Assembly: GCF_001194135.2 (NCBI RefSeq)
Contig: NC_069004.1
Coordinates: 979,610 to 1,043,609, forward strand
From: Octopus bimaculoides
Taxonomy: Eukaryota
Reading direction: 5' to 3'
Length of the DNA: 64,000 nt
Shown: one piece after another, positions 36,806 to 64,000 of the stretch
Layout of the letters: the number at the start of each line of letters is the position of its first letter
How positions within the stretch are numbered: the stretch's first letter is position 1
Notes under the pieces: model-generated
Seen by the model: only the letters and a program-made list of their open reading frames with translations
Database searches by the model: none
What the model was told of the DNA's origin: nothing
Made by a program: the position numbers and the translations under genes

Positions 36806-38085
36806 AACAAGGGATACAGATAATACAGGTACCCCCCATACACACACATGTACTTACTAAACATAGACACATACAATAGGAATCCAAAATACAAAATGGC
36901 TGATCGTTAGTAAGGAGGGACACACAAATAAGAAAGAAGAAAGCAAGGGACCACTGATGAGGTCACAGAAGTGTGACGAAAGAACTCTGGCCGAAATACG
37001 ATCAGAGTGATCAGTTACAAAGTAAACATATTGATTTTGAATTTGAGAGAGGATTAAGTTGATTACATCGACCACCCCAGTGGTCAAGTGGTCCTTAGTT
37101 TATCAATCCTGAAAGGATGAAAGGCAAAGTTGACCTCGGCAGAATTTTAACTGCGAATTAAAGATGGAGAAAATGCTGCTAAGTATTTTGTCTGGTTTCC
37201 TAACAATTCTGTGAGCTTGCCATCTTTAATGTCAGCATCATATTGCCATTTTGGTTAGCTCGTATCAAGCAAAGCTGGGAAATAACAATATTTGTACACT
37301 GGGTGGTGTCACGTAAAAGTGCCTGGGCGGCACCATGTAAAAGCACCTGTGTGGTGCCACGTAAAAGCATCCAACACACTCTGTAAAGTGGTTGGCATGT
37401 TAGGAAGGGCATCCAGCTGTAGAAACCATGCCAGATCAGACTGGAACCTGGTGCAGCCCCCCTCCCACAGCTTGCTAGCTCTAGTCACACTGTCCAACCC
37501 ATGCCAGCATGGACAATGGACATTAAATGATGGTGATGATGATGATAGGTATGTGCACGCACACTCAAACACACGGTTTCCATAGTTCCATCCTCATCAA
37601 CACCTAGATATTGCTGTCTTGAGTGCTGGGCCTCATTGGGCCAGTTATCTGGTGTCCATGGTGCACAAGTGACCTCGATTGCAACACCCCTGCCAAACTG
37701 GATGCCAGTCCGTTACAGAGTTACTCATTTACAGTTGAGTGATCTGGAGCAACAGAAACACAATGCACCGCTTGGTCTGGGAATTGAAACCATGATCTTG
37801 TGATCATGAATGCAACACCTGAACAACTAGACCATAGATCTCTCCTATCAAATTTACTCTCAATGTGTCAGTTTGACCAGAATTGTAGTAGAAGAAACTT
37901 GCCTAAGGTGGCTCACAGTGAATCATAAACTCATGCCTGCGCGTGTATGAATTATAATTAATTGAGAATTAATATGGACAAAATGGTGAAACAGTATATA
38001 AAGGTGGTGCTCCAGCATGGCCACAGTCAAAATGACTGAAACAAGTAAAAGAAAAAATATGTGTATATATATATATGTATATATT

Positions 38086-38118
<33 letters not shown>

Positions 38119-38729
38119 TATGTAGTCATTGGTCATGGACACTCAGAAAATTACCATTAGTTTCAGGTCTATTATTGCTCTCAGCAATATAGGCAACTCA
38201 ACAGACCTGCTGGCTGGAAGCACATAACCTCATTACTAATGGAGGTAAGAATACAGTCTTGGTCAGCATGGTGGTGAAACAAACTCCTGAAATGAAGATC
38301 AACAATTCCCAAACTTATTTTGTCAGTCACTCTACAGAGTGGTTGGCATGCCCATCACAGGAGGCCCTTCAAGATCTGTGAGGTTAATATAGTTGATATA
38401 CTTCATGAACAACTACAGAAGAAACATGGGCAGGGAGAGAATACCACTTGGATGGTTTTCTGCAGAGAAAGGGTTAAGCATTAATCCTTTAGCGTTCAGA
38501 TTTTCCCCTCCCTCAAAATTTCAGGCCTTGTGCCTTTAGTAGAAAGGATCATTATACAGAGATATAAATCATCAAGCTCTTTGATCTACATATATATTGT
38601 AATTTTACATTGATTTGTAATCAGTGTTTACTCAATTTGGTTTCCATTCATCAAGATTTTTTTTATTCACCCATTTTGTGTTTCATTCACAGTTGATAAT
38701 TTTCTTAAAGGAATTTTGGATCTGAATTG

Positions 38730-51335
<12,606 letters not shown>

Positions 51336-51819
51336 AATTCAGAGAAAAGACAAAGAAAAAGGTGAAAGCTATTTTAATTTAAACCAACAAAACTCCTCCA
51401 CCCTTGCACTGTTTTACTGTTTGAAAGGGAAGAAGATATTTACGGAAAGGTCAGAGCAGACAGGACAAAAACTCAACACAACAACAATGGACACACATTT
51501 GTTGAACTGCTAAATTTTGTTTATCACAGTTTCTTCTTTAAATTTACCATCTTCATTCTGTGTCTCTTTTTTAACGAAGACGGTTAATGCAAAATACACA
51601 GAATCTGAAATCAATACTTTTTAATTTGATTGATTAATTTGATATATTGATTGAGCAGAAAAGGAATGACAGTATTAATATAAGTTGATATATATATATA
51701 TACATACATATATATATANNNNNNNNNNNNNNNNNNNNNNNNNNNNNNNNNNNNNNNNNNNNNNNNNNNNNNNNNNNNNNNNNNNNNNNNNNNNNNNNNN
51801 NNNNNNNNNNNNNNNNNNA

Positions 51820-52235
51820 GTAAAGAACGAATGGACGAACGAACGAACGTACGAAATAAGGAACGAACGAAAGAAGAAACGAAATAACGAACGAATGATA
51901 TAACGAAGGAGCGAAAGAAATAATGAACTAACGAACGTTCGAGCGAAATAACGAGCGAAATAAGGAAAGAACGATATAACGAAAGAACGTTCCTTCTTTC
52001 TTTCTTTCGTAAGTTCTTTCGTTCATTCGTTTGTACGTTAGCTCGTTCGTTAAATGACGGACGAACGAACGAAATAAATAAGGAAGGAACGAACGAAATT
52101 ACAAACGAAAGAACGAACTATCGAACGAACGTTCGTTATTTCGTTCATTCGGTCGTTCGTTATTTCATACGTTTGTTCACTAATTCGATCGTTATTTCGG
52201 TCGTTCGTTAGTTATGTTGTTCGTTATTTTGTACG
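51820..52235. repeat. Degenerate (GAAC)n/(GTTC)n repeat in four alternating-orientation blocks
   Basis: Strand switches at AACGTT (51986-51991 and 52128-52133) and near 52050. Confidence 0.9.
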
Positions 52236-55200
52236 TTTATTTATTTATATATATATATATTTATTTATACATATATATATATTTACTTATATATATATAT
52301 ATATATATTTACTTATATATATATATATATNNNNNNNNNNNNNNNNNNNNNNNNNNNNNNNNNNNNNNNNNNNNNNNNNNNNNNNNNNNNNNNNNNNNNN
52401 NNNNNNNNNNNNNNNNNNNNNNNNNNNNNNNNNNNNNNNNNNNNNNNNNNNNNNNNNNNNNNNNNNNNNNNNNNNNNNNNNNNNNNNNNNNNNNNNNNNN
52501 NNNNNNNNNNNNNNNNNNNNNNNNNNNNNNNNNNNNNNNNNNNNNNNNNNNNNNNNNNNNNNNNNNNNNNNNNNNNNNNNNNNNNNNNNNNNNNNNNNNN
52601 NNNNNNNNNNNNNNNNNNNNNNNNNNNNNNNNNNNNNNNNNNNNNNNNNNNNNNNNNNNNNNNNNNNNNNNNNNNNNNNNNNNNNNNNNNNNNNNNNNNN
52701 NNNNNNNNNNNNNNNNNNNNNNNNNNNNNNNNNNNNNNNNNNNNNNNNNNNNNNNNNNNNNNNNNNNNNNNNNNNNNNNNNNNNNNNNNNNNNNNNNNNN
52801 NNNNNNNNNNNNNNNNNNNNNNNNNNNNNNNNNNNNNTATATATATAAAATCATATATGCTCTTTTACTTGTTTCAGTTATTTGATGCAGCCATGCTGGA
52901 GCACCGCCTTTATAGTCGAGCAAATCGACCCCAGAGCTTATTCTTTGTAAGCCTAGTACTTATTGTATCGGTCTTATTTTGAGGCATTGTAGGGTAAGTG
53001 TGAGAGGCTGGATTTGGACAGTGTTAACGTAAAATAAGTAGAATATTTGGGCCGGTTGAAATGCTAGAGAGTTGATGACTGAAACAAGGAAGAAAAGTAA
53101 TTGAAAATTTCAAAGAAAACAAAATAGACATGAATCTGTTTGATGAATAGTTTATTCAATAATTAGGCAACGTTTGACTAAACAATATAGATTTCCATTT
53201 GGCATACAGTGAGCAGAGTGAGAGCATAGCAGAGAGAGAGAGAGAGATCAGAATGACAAACTGCAATAAATTTAGACAAAAATATGATAATATTGAAGGT
53301 TCAACAATAATTGTTTGACACAGAAAATCAATTTGTATAAAATAATAGCATGGAGACATGACAAAATGAAGGTGCAGGACACTTAACATGGTAGCCATGT
53401 GCATGCACGCATGCACGCTGGATTTCAAAAGCATTTTAATGTTAGAACTCAAAAAATGCATTTCTGTAATTAATTCAAGTAATATATATATATTTTTTTC
53501 CCTCCTGATTGTTAATTTGAATTAAACTTAAATTGGTTGTTATTAGAATAATTACTGTGACTATTTAATTAAAGAAATTTCTAAGTCTCACTGTCTCAAG
53601 TAAGATAACTTAAGAACTGACTGAAAAACGAAACACTGCTGCCAAAAGACAGGCAATGTAAATGCAAATAAATTTAGTATCAAGATAATGTTTTTTAAGG
53701 TTTGTAATCTTTATTTTCGAATAACTTATGATGCCCCAACTCCACAAATACAGAATATATATTACATGCAACACACAGAAATATACTCTTCCATGCACAT
53801 ACAAGTGATGGGTGCATGTATGGCACATGTATATGCATGCATACATTTTTATATATATACATACATATATGCGTGTGTACATATATATACATACATCGTA
53901 TTTTACATACCTATCTCATAAATTTAGGACAATATACAAAAAGAAAAATAAGCATTTTTGTCTTCTTGTTTTTTTTTGTTGTTCAGGGGGGGGGGGTTTA
54001 AATATGTGATGAAAAAATATTTAAAGAGAAAGAAATCTACATTAGTCATGTTTTTATTTGCACTTTTTTTTCTTCTCACTCGATTGTAGATTTGTTTGTT
54101 TGTTTTTGTTTAACCTAAGAATATGTCAGACATGCCACCAGGGGGTTTGCTAACTCTGGTACTTGAACGCTTGGGACGATCATCATCATACTGAGCACCT
54201 GGAAAAGAAATTGAAGACATATATCAAACAAAGTCGTAAGAATCTGAATCGTTTTTGGTCCCAGAAGAAATGCATTTAAAATTAAAAATGAAAAAAACAG
54301 AAAAACAAAGAAAATCACATCTTGATCCTTGTGCTTGAGAAATTTGGCACTAAAAATCAAAAGTAAAGGAATAATTAAAAAGAAAATGAAAAAGAAATGA
54401 TGCAATGTTTTAAATGAAAGCCTAAACTCTATAGTCTACAAATTTCCCCATAGAATGTGTTTTCTTTAAGTACTTCCAATTCTTTACATTTTCAATTTTT
54501 AGCTTTAAAAATAACTAAAAGATTAAATTACTTATCCTAAATATTTAGAAAACAATTACAGTAAAAATTAATTCATTTTATTATTTAATTATTAGTAGAA
54601 GTAGAAAGGAGTAGTCAAAAAGGGGGGAAACCATTATTAGGGACATAAGAAGGAGTGGAAGCATTAATAGGCATTTAAGAAGTTGGGGGGGAATGCTCCA
54701 ACCAATATCATAAACAAGCAATCTCATGAAGAGAGTGAAATGTGGTTGAATGGATGAAACTTAAACGAAATTAGCATCGTCTTTCTTTTTCCATATTTAT
54801 TTTCAGTATAATTATAATTAGATTCAATTTAATCTAGAAATTAATGAACCTGATTATAACTGAGGGATATAAGAGACTGAGACATTTAGAGTTTTGCCTC
54901 TGGTCCCCCTTCTCTCATACTTTTGCCCCTCATCTCCTAGTCCAAACTTTCCCCCTTGGGGTTCCATAATCTTGCAAACTGTATGACGCCTTCACTTATG
55001 ACTTACTTGGTAACCTCACTGTGTAGCTTTGTACCAGAATTATCATAATTATCATGATTTTGTGTGTGTGTGTGTGTGTAACACAGTCGTATACATAACC
55101 AACCTTTGCTTACAATTGAAAAACCAAAAAATTTAAGCTAGAAGTAGTGAAGAGAAGAACCAACCCATAGCCTACCAAGAAAGAAAAATAAAAAGCCTGA

Positions 55201-56734
55201 ACTAAAAATATTGAAGAATTAGAAAATAAGACATCCAAAACAGATGTTGGTGACTTCATATTAAATTGGGACGTTTCAGGTGTGATCCAAAATGATCTTC
55301 AGTAGTTTATTTATTTACAAACTTAAGATAAACCTACACAAAAAATGCAAGGTGATGTAGCTACATGAGATTAATGACTGGTGATGTGAGATGTCCAAAA
55401 TGAATATCTAAAATGGTGTGTATACATAATTTAGGGACTAGAAGACACATATGTTGAATAGGAAGAAATAAAGAAAGAAAATAGAATATTGACCCAGGAA
55501 ATAATATATAAACCTACAGACAATTTGAAATATTGTAAAGCTTTGGTAAGGAAAGTATAAGATCTTCAATAGTATGAAGAGAATGCCCTAATGTACCAAT
55601 ATGTCAAAGTCAGGATAAAGAGTTCAGTTAGAAAATCTTGAAATAGTGGGAAACATTTAGATTACAGGTTAAAGAATAACAGGTTTAATTTATAGCTCCA
55701 TCTTAATCAACAGTAACTTAACGATATGATTTCTAAAAAAGGACAAAATGGTTATATATATAATCTTAAGACTAGAAATTTTAAGACCTTTGAAATAAGC
55801 AAAAAGAATAAACAAATATATATATACTTTGCATTTTCTTCCTTATTCCTCAAATTCAAACTTCTAATCCTACCAAATATTATGAAGAAATGATTATCTC
55901 CCTTGTACTTAATGGCCATTAGGGGACACCATGTATATCAATATGTAATTTATCTAATAGCATGTTAAATAGTGAAGTCTAGAGGAACAATAGACAAAAT
56001 CATTGTTTAGTGATGAGCAACGTCTTGGTAACATAGATACCTAATGTGTCAAGGGCGAACCATTAATATTTAAAATGTCCATTTTGTGTGGTGGATAGGT
56101 TGTGAAAAAGATAAATTATTGATAGCAGTTTCAATGTTTGAAATTTATAGAAGTAGCATCAATTTTTAATCCTTTGTATACTGTTGGATAAATACTTTCA
56201 GCAAGGGTCAGCTGTTTTGATTAAGTCTATTTCAGTAGCTCTAGTGTGCTCTTGCAGAGCGATATCCTCCATAGCATTGTACACAGATAAAAAAGATTAC
56301 TATGGAAAAAACAAAGGAGTCAAAAGTATATGCTGACATTTAGGTGTTGGTAATCTTGAACAGTATCTGTTTTAGGTGGGGGAGGGGATTCAAGGGTGGT
56401 CTAGCTGAAGATAAATAAACAAATAAGCTTACCTCTAAATATAGTTAACGATACCTTTCAGGTTTTTACAACAGTTTTTTTTCTCCTTCCTTTTCTTGTG
56501 AGCTAGAATTAAGAATGTATCTGACCACTTCCCTATATAACTTCAATTGATATGGTCAGTTTACTGCCCTGAATTATTCTAACATAGGAAAACTAAATAA
56601 TATTAAAACAGGCAAGAATTGACAACAAAAGTAAAATGATAACAAGACTCTAGAATCAAAATGGTGAAAAACATTTTCAGTTAAGAGCTAAACTATAAAA
56701 TAATATTTGCATTCTAGATGTCATTTACATTGGT

Positions 56735-56957
56735 TTAAGCCTTCACCATTCAGATTATCAAATGTTTTGCTTAGTTTTTCACATTGTTTTGAACCAATCA
56801 CATATTATCTTGAAACTTCAAGATTTCAACAATGTGAATGTTTATTTTTAGAATGACATTGTAGGGTAGGAATGAGTGGCTGAATCAGGTCACTTTTAAC
56901 ATAAAACAGGGAGACTATTTTGGCTGGATGTGACCAGTTTAAATACTAAAGGGTTAA
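56735..56957. mobile_element. piggyBac-like MITE (TTAA...AAAGGGTTAA); relatives near 4068-4210, 13340-13560, 15316-15530, 52980-53060 and 61040-61120
   Basis: Shared body (cattcagatt..tcaaatg..gaatgacattgtagggtag..gagaggctggatct) and CCCTTTAG/CTAAAGGG ends with TTAA. Confidence 0.6.
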
Positions 56958-59900
56958 AATTTAATTATCAACTTGAAATGATCATTTCCTAGACATATTT
57001 CCTAAAGCCACCCCACTCCCAATAATCTTGGCTTCTCTTTCTCTCACAATCTTGGAGGCATTGTCCTTCTTCGCGGGACAAAGGCATAAGAATAAAAGGG
57101 AGGGGGAAACAACAGAAGAGGATAACTACTGTAGATTGCCTTCATAGCAGTTGATTCCCACCCAAAACCAAGTATCAAGAGGTAAAACCACAATAACATT
57201 AAGAATGGAAGCCTAATACAGATTAAATACAATGGTAAGATTGATAGGTAGGCGGGAGGAGATTAAAAAAATAATTCCAAATGTGAAATTTCTCCAGTCA
57301 CAATAATCAGTTTGGTACATGAAAAGGTCCAAAAAATTCATATAAGAAAGAAAGAAAGAAAAAAAGGAAAAACAAAATAAAGAAAAAAGTTTTTTTTTTT
57401 TTCAGTCAACAAAAATAACTTTGGAAAAAAGCGCATGCATATTTCTATAAGGCCTAAAAGACATTTGCATAAACCTGTTGTGTGGTTAACTGGAGAACCA
57501 AACGAAGCCAATCAGCAACAAAATTGAACACCAAAAGAATGGAAAAAAAAGAAAAAGAAAAACAACTACATATCATTNNNNNNNNNNNNNNNNNNNNNNN
57601 NNNNNNNNNNNNNNNNNNNNNNNNNNNNNNNNNNNNNNNNNNNNNNNNNNNNNNNNNNNNNNNNNNNNNNNNNNNNNNNNNNNNNNNNNNNNNNNNNNNN
57701 NNNNNNNNNNNNNNNNNNNNNNNNNNNNNNNNNNNNNNNNNNNNNNNNNNNNNNNNNNNNNNNNNNNNNNNNNNNNNNNNNNNNNNNNNNNNNNNNNNNN
57801 NNNNNNNNNNNNNNNNNNNNNNNNNNNNNNNNNNNNNNNNNNNNNNNNNNNNNNNNNNNNNNNNNNNNNNNNNNNNNNNNNNNNNNNNNNNNNNNNNNNN
57901 NNNNNNNNNNNNNNNNNNNNNNNNNNNNNNNNNNNNNNNNNNNNNNNNNNNNNNNNNNNNNNNNNNNNNNNNNNNNNNNNNNNNNNNNNNNNNNNNNNNN
58001 NNNNNNNNNNNNNNNNNNNNNNNNNNNNNNNNNNNNNNNNNNNNNNNNNNNNNNNNNNNNNNNNNNNNNNNNNNNNNNNNNNNNNNNNNNNNNNNNNNNN
58101 NNNNNNNNNNNNNNNNNNNNNNNNNNNNNNNNNNNNNNNNNNNNNNNNNNNNNNNNNNNNNNNNNNNNNNNNNNNNNNNNNNNNNNNNNNNNNNNNNNNN
58201 NNNNNNNNNNNNNNNNNNGTGCTTAAAAGCAAAATTAGGTGAAACACAGAAAAAGCCGACACAAAATCAAACATTTGATAAACAATGAATGACCGACATG
58301 AGCTGAGGATATAGAAACAGTAGTGAGAGGGAGAGAGAGAGAGAGAGGGAGAGAGAGAGGGAGAGAGAGAGAGAGAGAGAGAGAGATAAAAACTTGTTGA
58401 GACAAGAGAAGGATAAGAAAAAGGAAGATCGGAGCAAAACCACCCAAGATTGAAAGGCTGTAGTTCAATCAGAGGCAACAAGATTGAAATAGAAATTATA
58501 TTGGGATAAAATTGCAGATTTAGGGAATTGGAGTAAAATTACATTTGGCTGCTGCTTTTGTCCATTCATTTTTCCATGCCGACATGGGTGGAGTGGTTTT
58601 TATTAGAGCAAGCATATTTATACAGCATAACTGAAAGCCACTCAACCATAAAGTAAGAGTAGAATTTGTTGCCAGTCAGGCAGGAAGAATGTGCCTTGTC
58701 CAGACACATAATTGCAACAGCTAAGGTGAGGAATTCTGTAGTGCTTTCATTTTGCAGCCATTGTTCCAAATAAATAAATGTCAATATAGAAACCGTTTTT
58801 ATATATTTATTCAATATCATCCATGCAGTCCAGTCAATGCTTGGCATATCAGACGGCTTATATACATTAAGTATGATACATAGATGGCAATTTTAATTTA
58901 ATACTGCTTCAATTTCATACATAGGGCAGCTATTCACAACATCAGTGAACATTTTATTCACTGTTTCCCATACCAGAGGTAACAAATTCTCATCTGGCTA
59001 GGAGTATGCACCATTTTAAGGTCCAAAAAGGGTCAAATTGCAGTTGGCTTTCTCACTTGCCACTGCCCAAACGGATTTTCATCCTTCTCCAATGTTTCTT
59101 GTATTCCTGACATAGATGTCTACAAGAGATATTATATCTCAGGATAAGCAGTACAGTAACTGGCCTATTAACAGTGTACATACATTAAATATGACACAGA
59201 TGGCTATTTCAAAAGTCATCAGGACTTTATTAACATTTAATTATATTTAATTAAAACACATAAGCAGTTTACTAATTAAACAAATATAATTATGAAAGGA
59301 ATAAAATTTTTTTTGCAACTACAATGTTAAATGTTTTCTTAGGATGGCAAACTCTACATTGAATCTGTAGAAAAATTCACCCTAATTTGAAGCAATTTGC
59401 ATTAAATTTCATTTTGGAACCTTTTGATTCTTATCTGTTAGTAGCATCTTCTCTAATTATATAAATTCACATGGTTCGGTAAGAAAAAAGAAAAAAAAAA
59501 ATCACACAAAACCCCTGAAACTTGACAAACTTGTTGCATTAGTTTATATTTCATGTCTTGATAAGGTTTAAATAGATGCTGCTAAAATGGAAGATGAGGT
59601 TTGGTTTATTGTTGATTTCATAATATCTTTTTAAAATGTAGGGGTAGGGAGTACATTTACTGCTTTACAGTAAACAACAAATGTATATGCATGTGAATAT
59701 AGAGGATGTTCGAAGATTTTTCCAGTGACACAGTAAGAAATGCAAGTGCCAGGTCCTGGAGCCATCTTGAGGTCACCATTGGTGGAAGCTAAGGGCAGCT
59801 ACTTTCAGTAAACTGTCATCTCTCAACCATAATCTTGATATTTTTTAATTTTTTAAAATACTTTTATTTTTGGATGGGATAATGTATTTTCTTTCCCTTT

Positions 59901-61765
59901 CACAGCCTGAATACAGCGTATATATGTGTGTGTATATACAAGTAAAAAAGAGACAGAAACAAATGCATGAAGGAGTATAAATCACAGGAAATCGATAAAA
60001 GTGTCACTCAGAGATATTTATAATAGTTGTTATGTAGAAATAGACAAAAGGGAAGTCCATAATACTGATATGATGTATTTTGGTAGATAGAAGGTGAAGC
60101 CTTTAAAAACAGGCTTTGGATGGCCCTGCGTACCTGACAACAAATGCCAACAATTCCATTCGTAAGCTCCATTATGATACTAGGACACCCCTTTCCTTGT
60201 GGGACCTGTAGTACTTATTAGTATAGCAACTGACTTAAGTTGTTGATTGGTCAAAAGGGTGATGAATGTAGGCACAGGCTCAGTAGTTGATTGGTCCAAA
60301 ATGTTATGACATAAGCACATGTATTGATGACAGAGCATTTGGGTGAATGTTGTATCAGTTAACTGGTCTGCAAAGGTGACGATGTAGGCAATGCTGTTGA
60401 TGTCAGCCAGGACCAGACAAAGCATTGTTGTTCACAAATGCAAACCATGAATCTAAGGAATTACTGACACACCTTAATATAGCCATGAAATATGTATTAC
60501 AATATATCATCATCATCGATATGAGAAATTCATTCAGAACAAATTAATCATTTATTTCTAATTATAACAATTCAACAGATCAACGTGTACCCAAGGAATT
60601 CATTTAATCATATAAACTTTAAGAGTCAATTAGTCGAACTCTTTGCCTCAGAACATCGACATTTGAGATTATCATTAAGAACAGTTAAAGGAACACAACA
60701 ATTAAAAAAGAAAACGAAGTAATCTTTAATTTTCCTTCTGACAATTTACAGAAGAAGACAGGCTAGAATTAAGCTAAAAACATAAATAATTTCAGCTGAA
60801 ACCAAAACCAGATGCCAGGATGTGAAGTAAATGAACATCAAGGTTAACCATAAATTTGATTTAATTTAATTTCATGGAGCATCAAGAGTAACTTGCTTGA
60901 GGCTACCAAGTACAGTTAGAAATTACATGTAGAAAGATGAAAGGAATAGAAATGGCTCAACTGAAGATCAAATATATGACAGAAAACCAATTAACAAGGA
61001 GCTAATTAGCATTCTATGTTACTCAAATAATGACTATCCAACCCTTTAGCATTCAGATTTCTCTGTCAAGTGTAATGCTTATTTATTTTTAGGATGACAT
61101 TGCAGAGTAGGTGTGAGAGGCTGGATCTAGCTAGTTTAAATTCTAAATGATTAATCAGTAGTGATGATGATGGTTGTGATGACTTAAACATTATAATTCT
61201 TTAGAATTTAGAAAGATTGTTCTTTTGATATTTAGTGCGTTATGAGAGAGACTATTTGTGGTTGTTCCTAGACAAGCTGAGGATATCCTTAACGTGATTA
61301 TTATTATAAAGGGGGAGGAAATGTTCTTTACTAAATTCTGATATTTACTTCAGGGCTTATGAGTTTATAAGGATTGCTAACCGTCTCTTAATGTATCTAG
61401 ACAGACACATACAGGCAACTCTACACATAGACACAGTAACATATCCACACTAACAACAAATACATACACAGCTACAGAGGAACACACAGACAGAATGTTC
61501 CTGCATAAACAAAATAAAGGCAACAACAGAATGGGAAAAGTTTAGGCTTTGACACAATATTGTTTCATTTTTGATATACGGGTATGGCTGTGTGGTTAAG
61601 AAGTTAGCTTCCCAACCACATGGTTTCAAGTTCAATCTCATTATGCAGCACCTTAGGCAAGTGTGCTTTATTGTAGCTCTGGGCCAACCAAAGCTTTGCA
61701 AGTAGATTTGATACAGGGAAACTAAAAGAAACCAATTGTGTGTGTATTTGTCTATTTACATAAAT

Positions 61766-61798
<33 letters not shown>

Positions 61799-62634
61799 TG
61801 CATGCATATGTGTGTGTTGGCATTTGTGTTTCTTTGAAAATTGCTGAACAACAAGCAGTGACATAGTTGTCTGTCTATAAGCTCTGCATTTCCCATACAT
61901 GTGGAATAAGAGATCCCTTGCTTGAAAAACAGATAAGGGTTAGCAACAGAGAGAGCATTTGACAGAAAACCATGCCTCAGTAATATATATTATTTGTCTA
62001 GCCCATTCCAGCAAGGGAAAATGGGTGTAAAAACGTACTTCAAAGTACAATTTAATTTACAATTTTGGAGGACAACATTCAAGAGGGAATATGCACTGTC
62101 TAGTTTGGTTCATTGATTTTTTACAAACAACACGAATAGCGACCAAATTTGTGACTAGGGACAATGAAGATGATGCTTCTCAAAAGGACAGGTTTCTGTT
62201 GACTGAAGGGAAAGCAAAGCTTTCAAATTTTGGCACAAGGCCAGCAATTTCGGGGAAGGAGGTAAGTCACTTACATTGACCCCCAGTGTTCAGCTGGTAC
62301 TTCATTTACTGACCCCAAAAGCACAAAAGGCAAAGCCGACCTCAGTGGAATTTGAACACAAATGAAAGGCAGCTAAGCGTTTTGCCCAGCATGCTGCCTT
62401 ATTTCTTTTTAATATTAGAATATGACGGAGATTTGCCAATATATTTAATATAGCTTCCCTTTTCTTTAAAGGTGACATGGCTTCTATTTCTAGCAAGCTA
62501 TATGTCCATGTACAGGCTCACTCGTTAGCTTGTTTTATAGCCTTTACTGTAAGATACCAACGATCCATCCTGCAGTGAATATGACACGTGGAGATGAATA
62601 GGTTTTGAAAGATTTTGTAACGTAGGAGTGATAA

Positions 62635-63065
62635 ACATTGTAACACATTGCGACTGAACAAGAATATCTTGTCATAGAAGAAACATTGTAACAAAAATTC
62701 TTGTAACTTAAAAAACATAACTTAACACATTTGTAACATAACAGGTTAACAAGCAATGAAACCTAACAAAATATATTGTAACATAACAAACTGTAACCCA
62801 AGAAACATTGTAACAAACACTGTAACATAGCAACAAAGAAATTGCAACATAAAAAGTGTAACAACATTAATGTGCCAACAAATAATGTAACACACAGCCT
62901 AAAAAATATTGTAATCTGACAAGTAACATAAGATTGTAACATAGCAATGCAACAAACATTGAAAGATAAATACTGTAACAAACATTGTGACACAAGAAAC
63001 AAGTGTAACAAACCTTATAAAGTAACAAGAAACATTGTAACATAAGAAACACTTGTTATGTTACA
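62635..63065 (+). repeat. Degenerate minisatellite with an ACATTGTAAC core
   Basis: More than 15 variants of (a)acattgtaac(a) at irregular spacing of about 10-25 bp. Confidence 0.85.
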
Positions 63066-63176
63066 AAGTATTTGAATTCAGCAATAAAATTACAAAATAT
63101 AAACTAACAAGGAATAAAACTGGATTTAACGATAAACTACATCATAGTTTGAAATACTAATGGTGACTGCCTGCTT

Positions 63177-63406
63177 AACCTTTTTGGCACCATATTTCTG
63201 TGGATATACGCTGCCTTGCTTACAGTTAATTAAAAAAACAACAAAGAATTTAGTAAAATATCTGTGTCATTATTAGGCTGACAGTTTGGAACTGAAATGA
63301 ATATGACATCTTGATGGGTGGTTTTAAGTTAGATCAGTTTAAAACTGGGAGCTTGTATTGTAGAAGCAGGGACTGTCTCAGGCAGTTGGTATCAAAAGGG
63401 TCAATG
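63177..63406. mobile_element. Second piggyBac-like MITE family; relatives near 40449-40670 and 46893-47020
   Basis: Ends ttaacctttttggcacc ... ggtatcaaaagggtcaa. Confidence 0.45.
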
Positions 63407-64000
63407 CAGTTTGACCATCTGGTTTGGTGTACTTTCTTGATATAAAGTCATCCACCCCCAACTAATTACCCAGAGACGAAAATTGTCCAAGTTATTTAAG
63501 AAACCACCTTGACAAACTAACATCAACCATATCATAAATTGTGTCTAAATTTTGGCACAAAGCCACCTTAGGGATTGATAACACACAGAGGCAGTTTAGA
63601 CACCAGATTGTCTTTCTTGTTTGCTTTCAGCATAAAAGCTTTGTTCACATATGGACCTCAAACTTTCCCAAAACCGTCTGAAAACCCCCACATAACCATT
63701 TTTGTCCACAATGCAGAAATACAAACTCACAACACGTGTGGAACTGAAACCAACAAGCATTCTCTAAATAATGGCTCATCCAAAACTCTGTTATCTCATT
63801 TTATTGTCTGATGATAGCCTCAGCTACTTGCCAAACTCTATGTCCTTCCTCACAAAATATATTATTTTATTCTTTTACTAGTTTCAGCTCAAGTGCTGCA
63901 GCCATGCTGGAGCACGGCCATTAACTTCTCCAAAACCACAATTCTGTCCATATTTTTCTCTAACAGCTAATATACAATACTTCAACTTAACATTAATCAA

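Noticed and set aside
60180-60425. 81-aa minus-strand ORF, and 58566..58847
   Set aside because: No recognisable domain and no consistent exon chain. Internal direct repeats (GACCAATCAAC, TGCCTACAT) suggest repeat or LTR-like DNA.
62635-63065. CRISPR-like repeat array
   Set aside because: Eukaryotic context, degenerate short units and no unique constant-length spacers; it is a minisatellite.

Overview
AT-rich, microsatellite- and SINE-laden animal genomic DNA, most likely a coleoid cephalopod such as Octopus (inferred from repeat style; no database was searched). Two divergent multi-exon genes can be rebuilt by hand from splice sites with every intron phase consistent. (1) Minus strand: eIF4G2 (DAP5/p97/NAT1), CDS 15134->431, with 21 visible coding exons and one or more exons hidden in the N gap at 9242-9760. 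It has no in-frame AUG for its first 159 codons, an in-frame stop lies just upstream, and a CUG in strong context sits at the position of the vertebrate GUG start. Its probable first exon (27046->26900) begins with a TCT/TOP motif and carries a YY1 site, and its leader has short uORFs. (2) Plus strand: ZNF143/Staf (ZNF76 family), CDS 38730->51335, with seven C2H2 fingers and four N-terminal activation repeats; its probable first exon ends at 33719. Other notable items: two Staf-like binding sites in eIF4G2 intron 1; a tRNA-headed SINE whose tail folds as a minimal Penelope-type hammerhead ribozyme (2 copies); a (TTAGGG)n tract grown from a single GGGTTA inside a retroelement relic; two long hairpins; a duplicated splice donor that creates a candidate new in-frame ZNF143 exon; a GC-AG intron; and inverted GAAC repeat blocks downstream of the ZNF143 stop.
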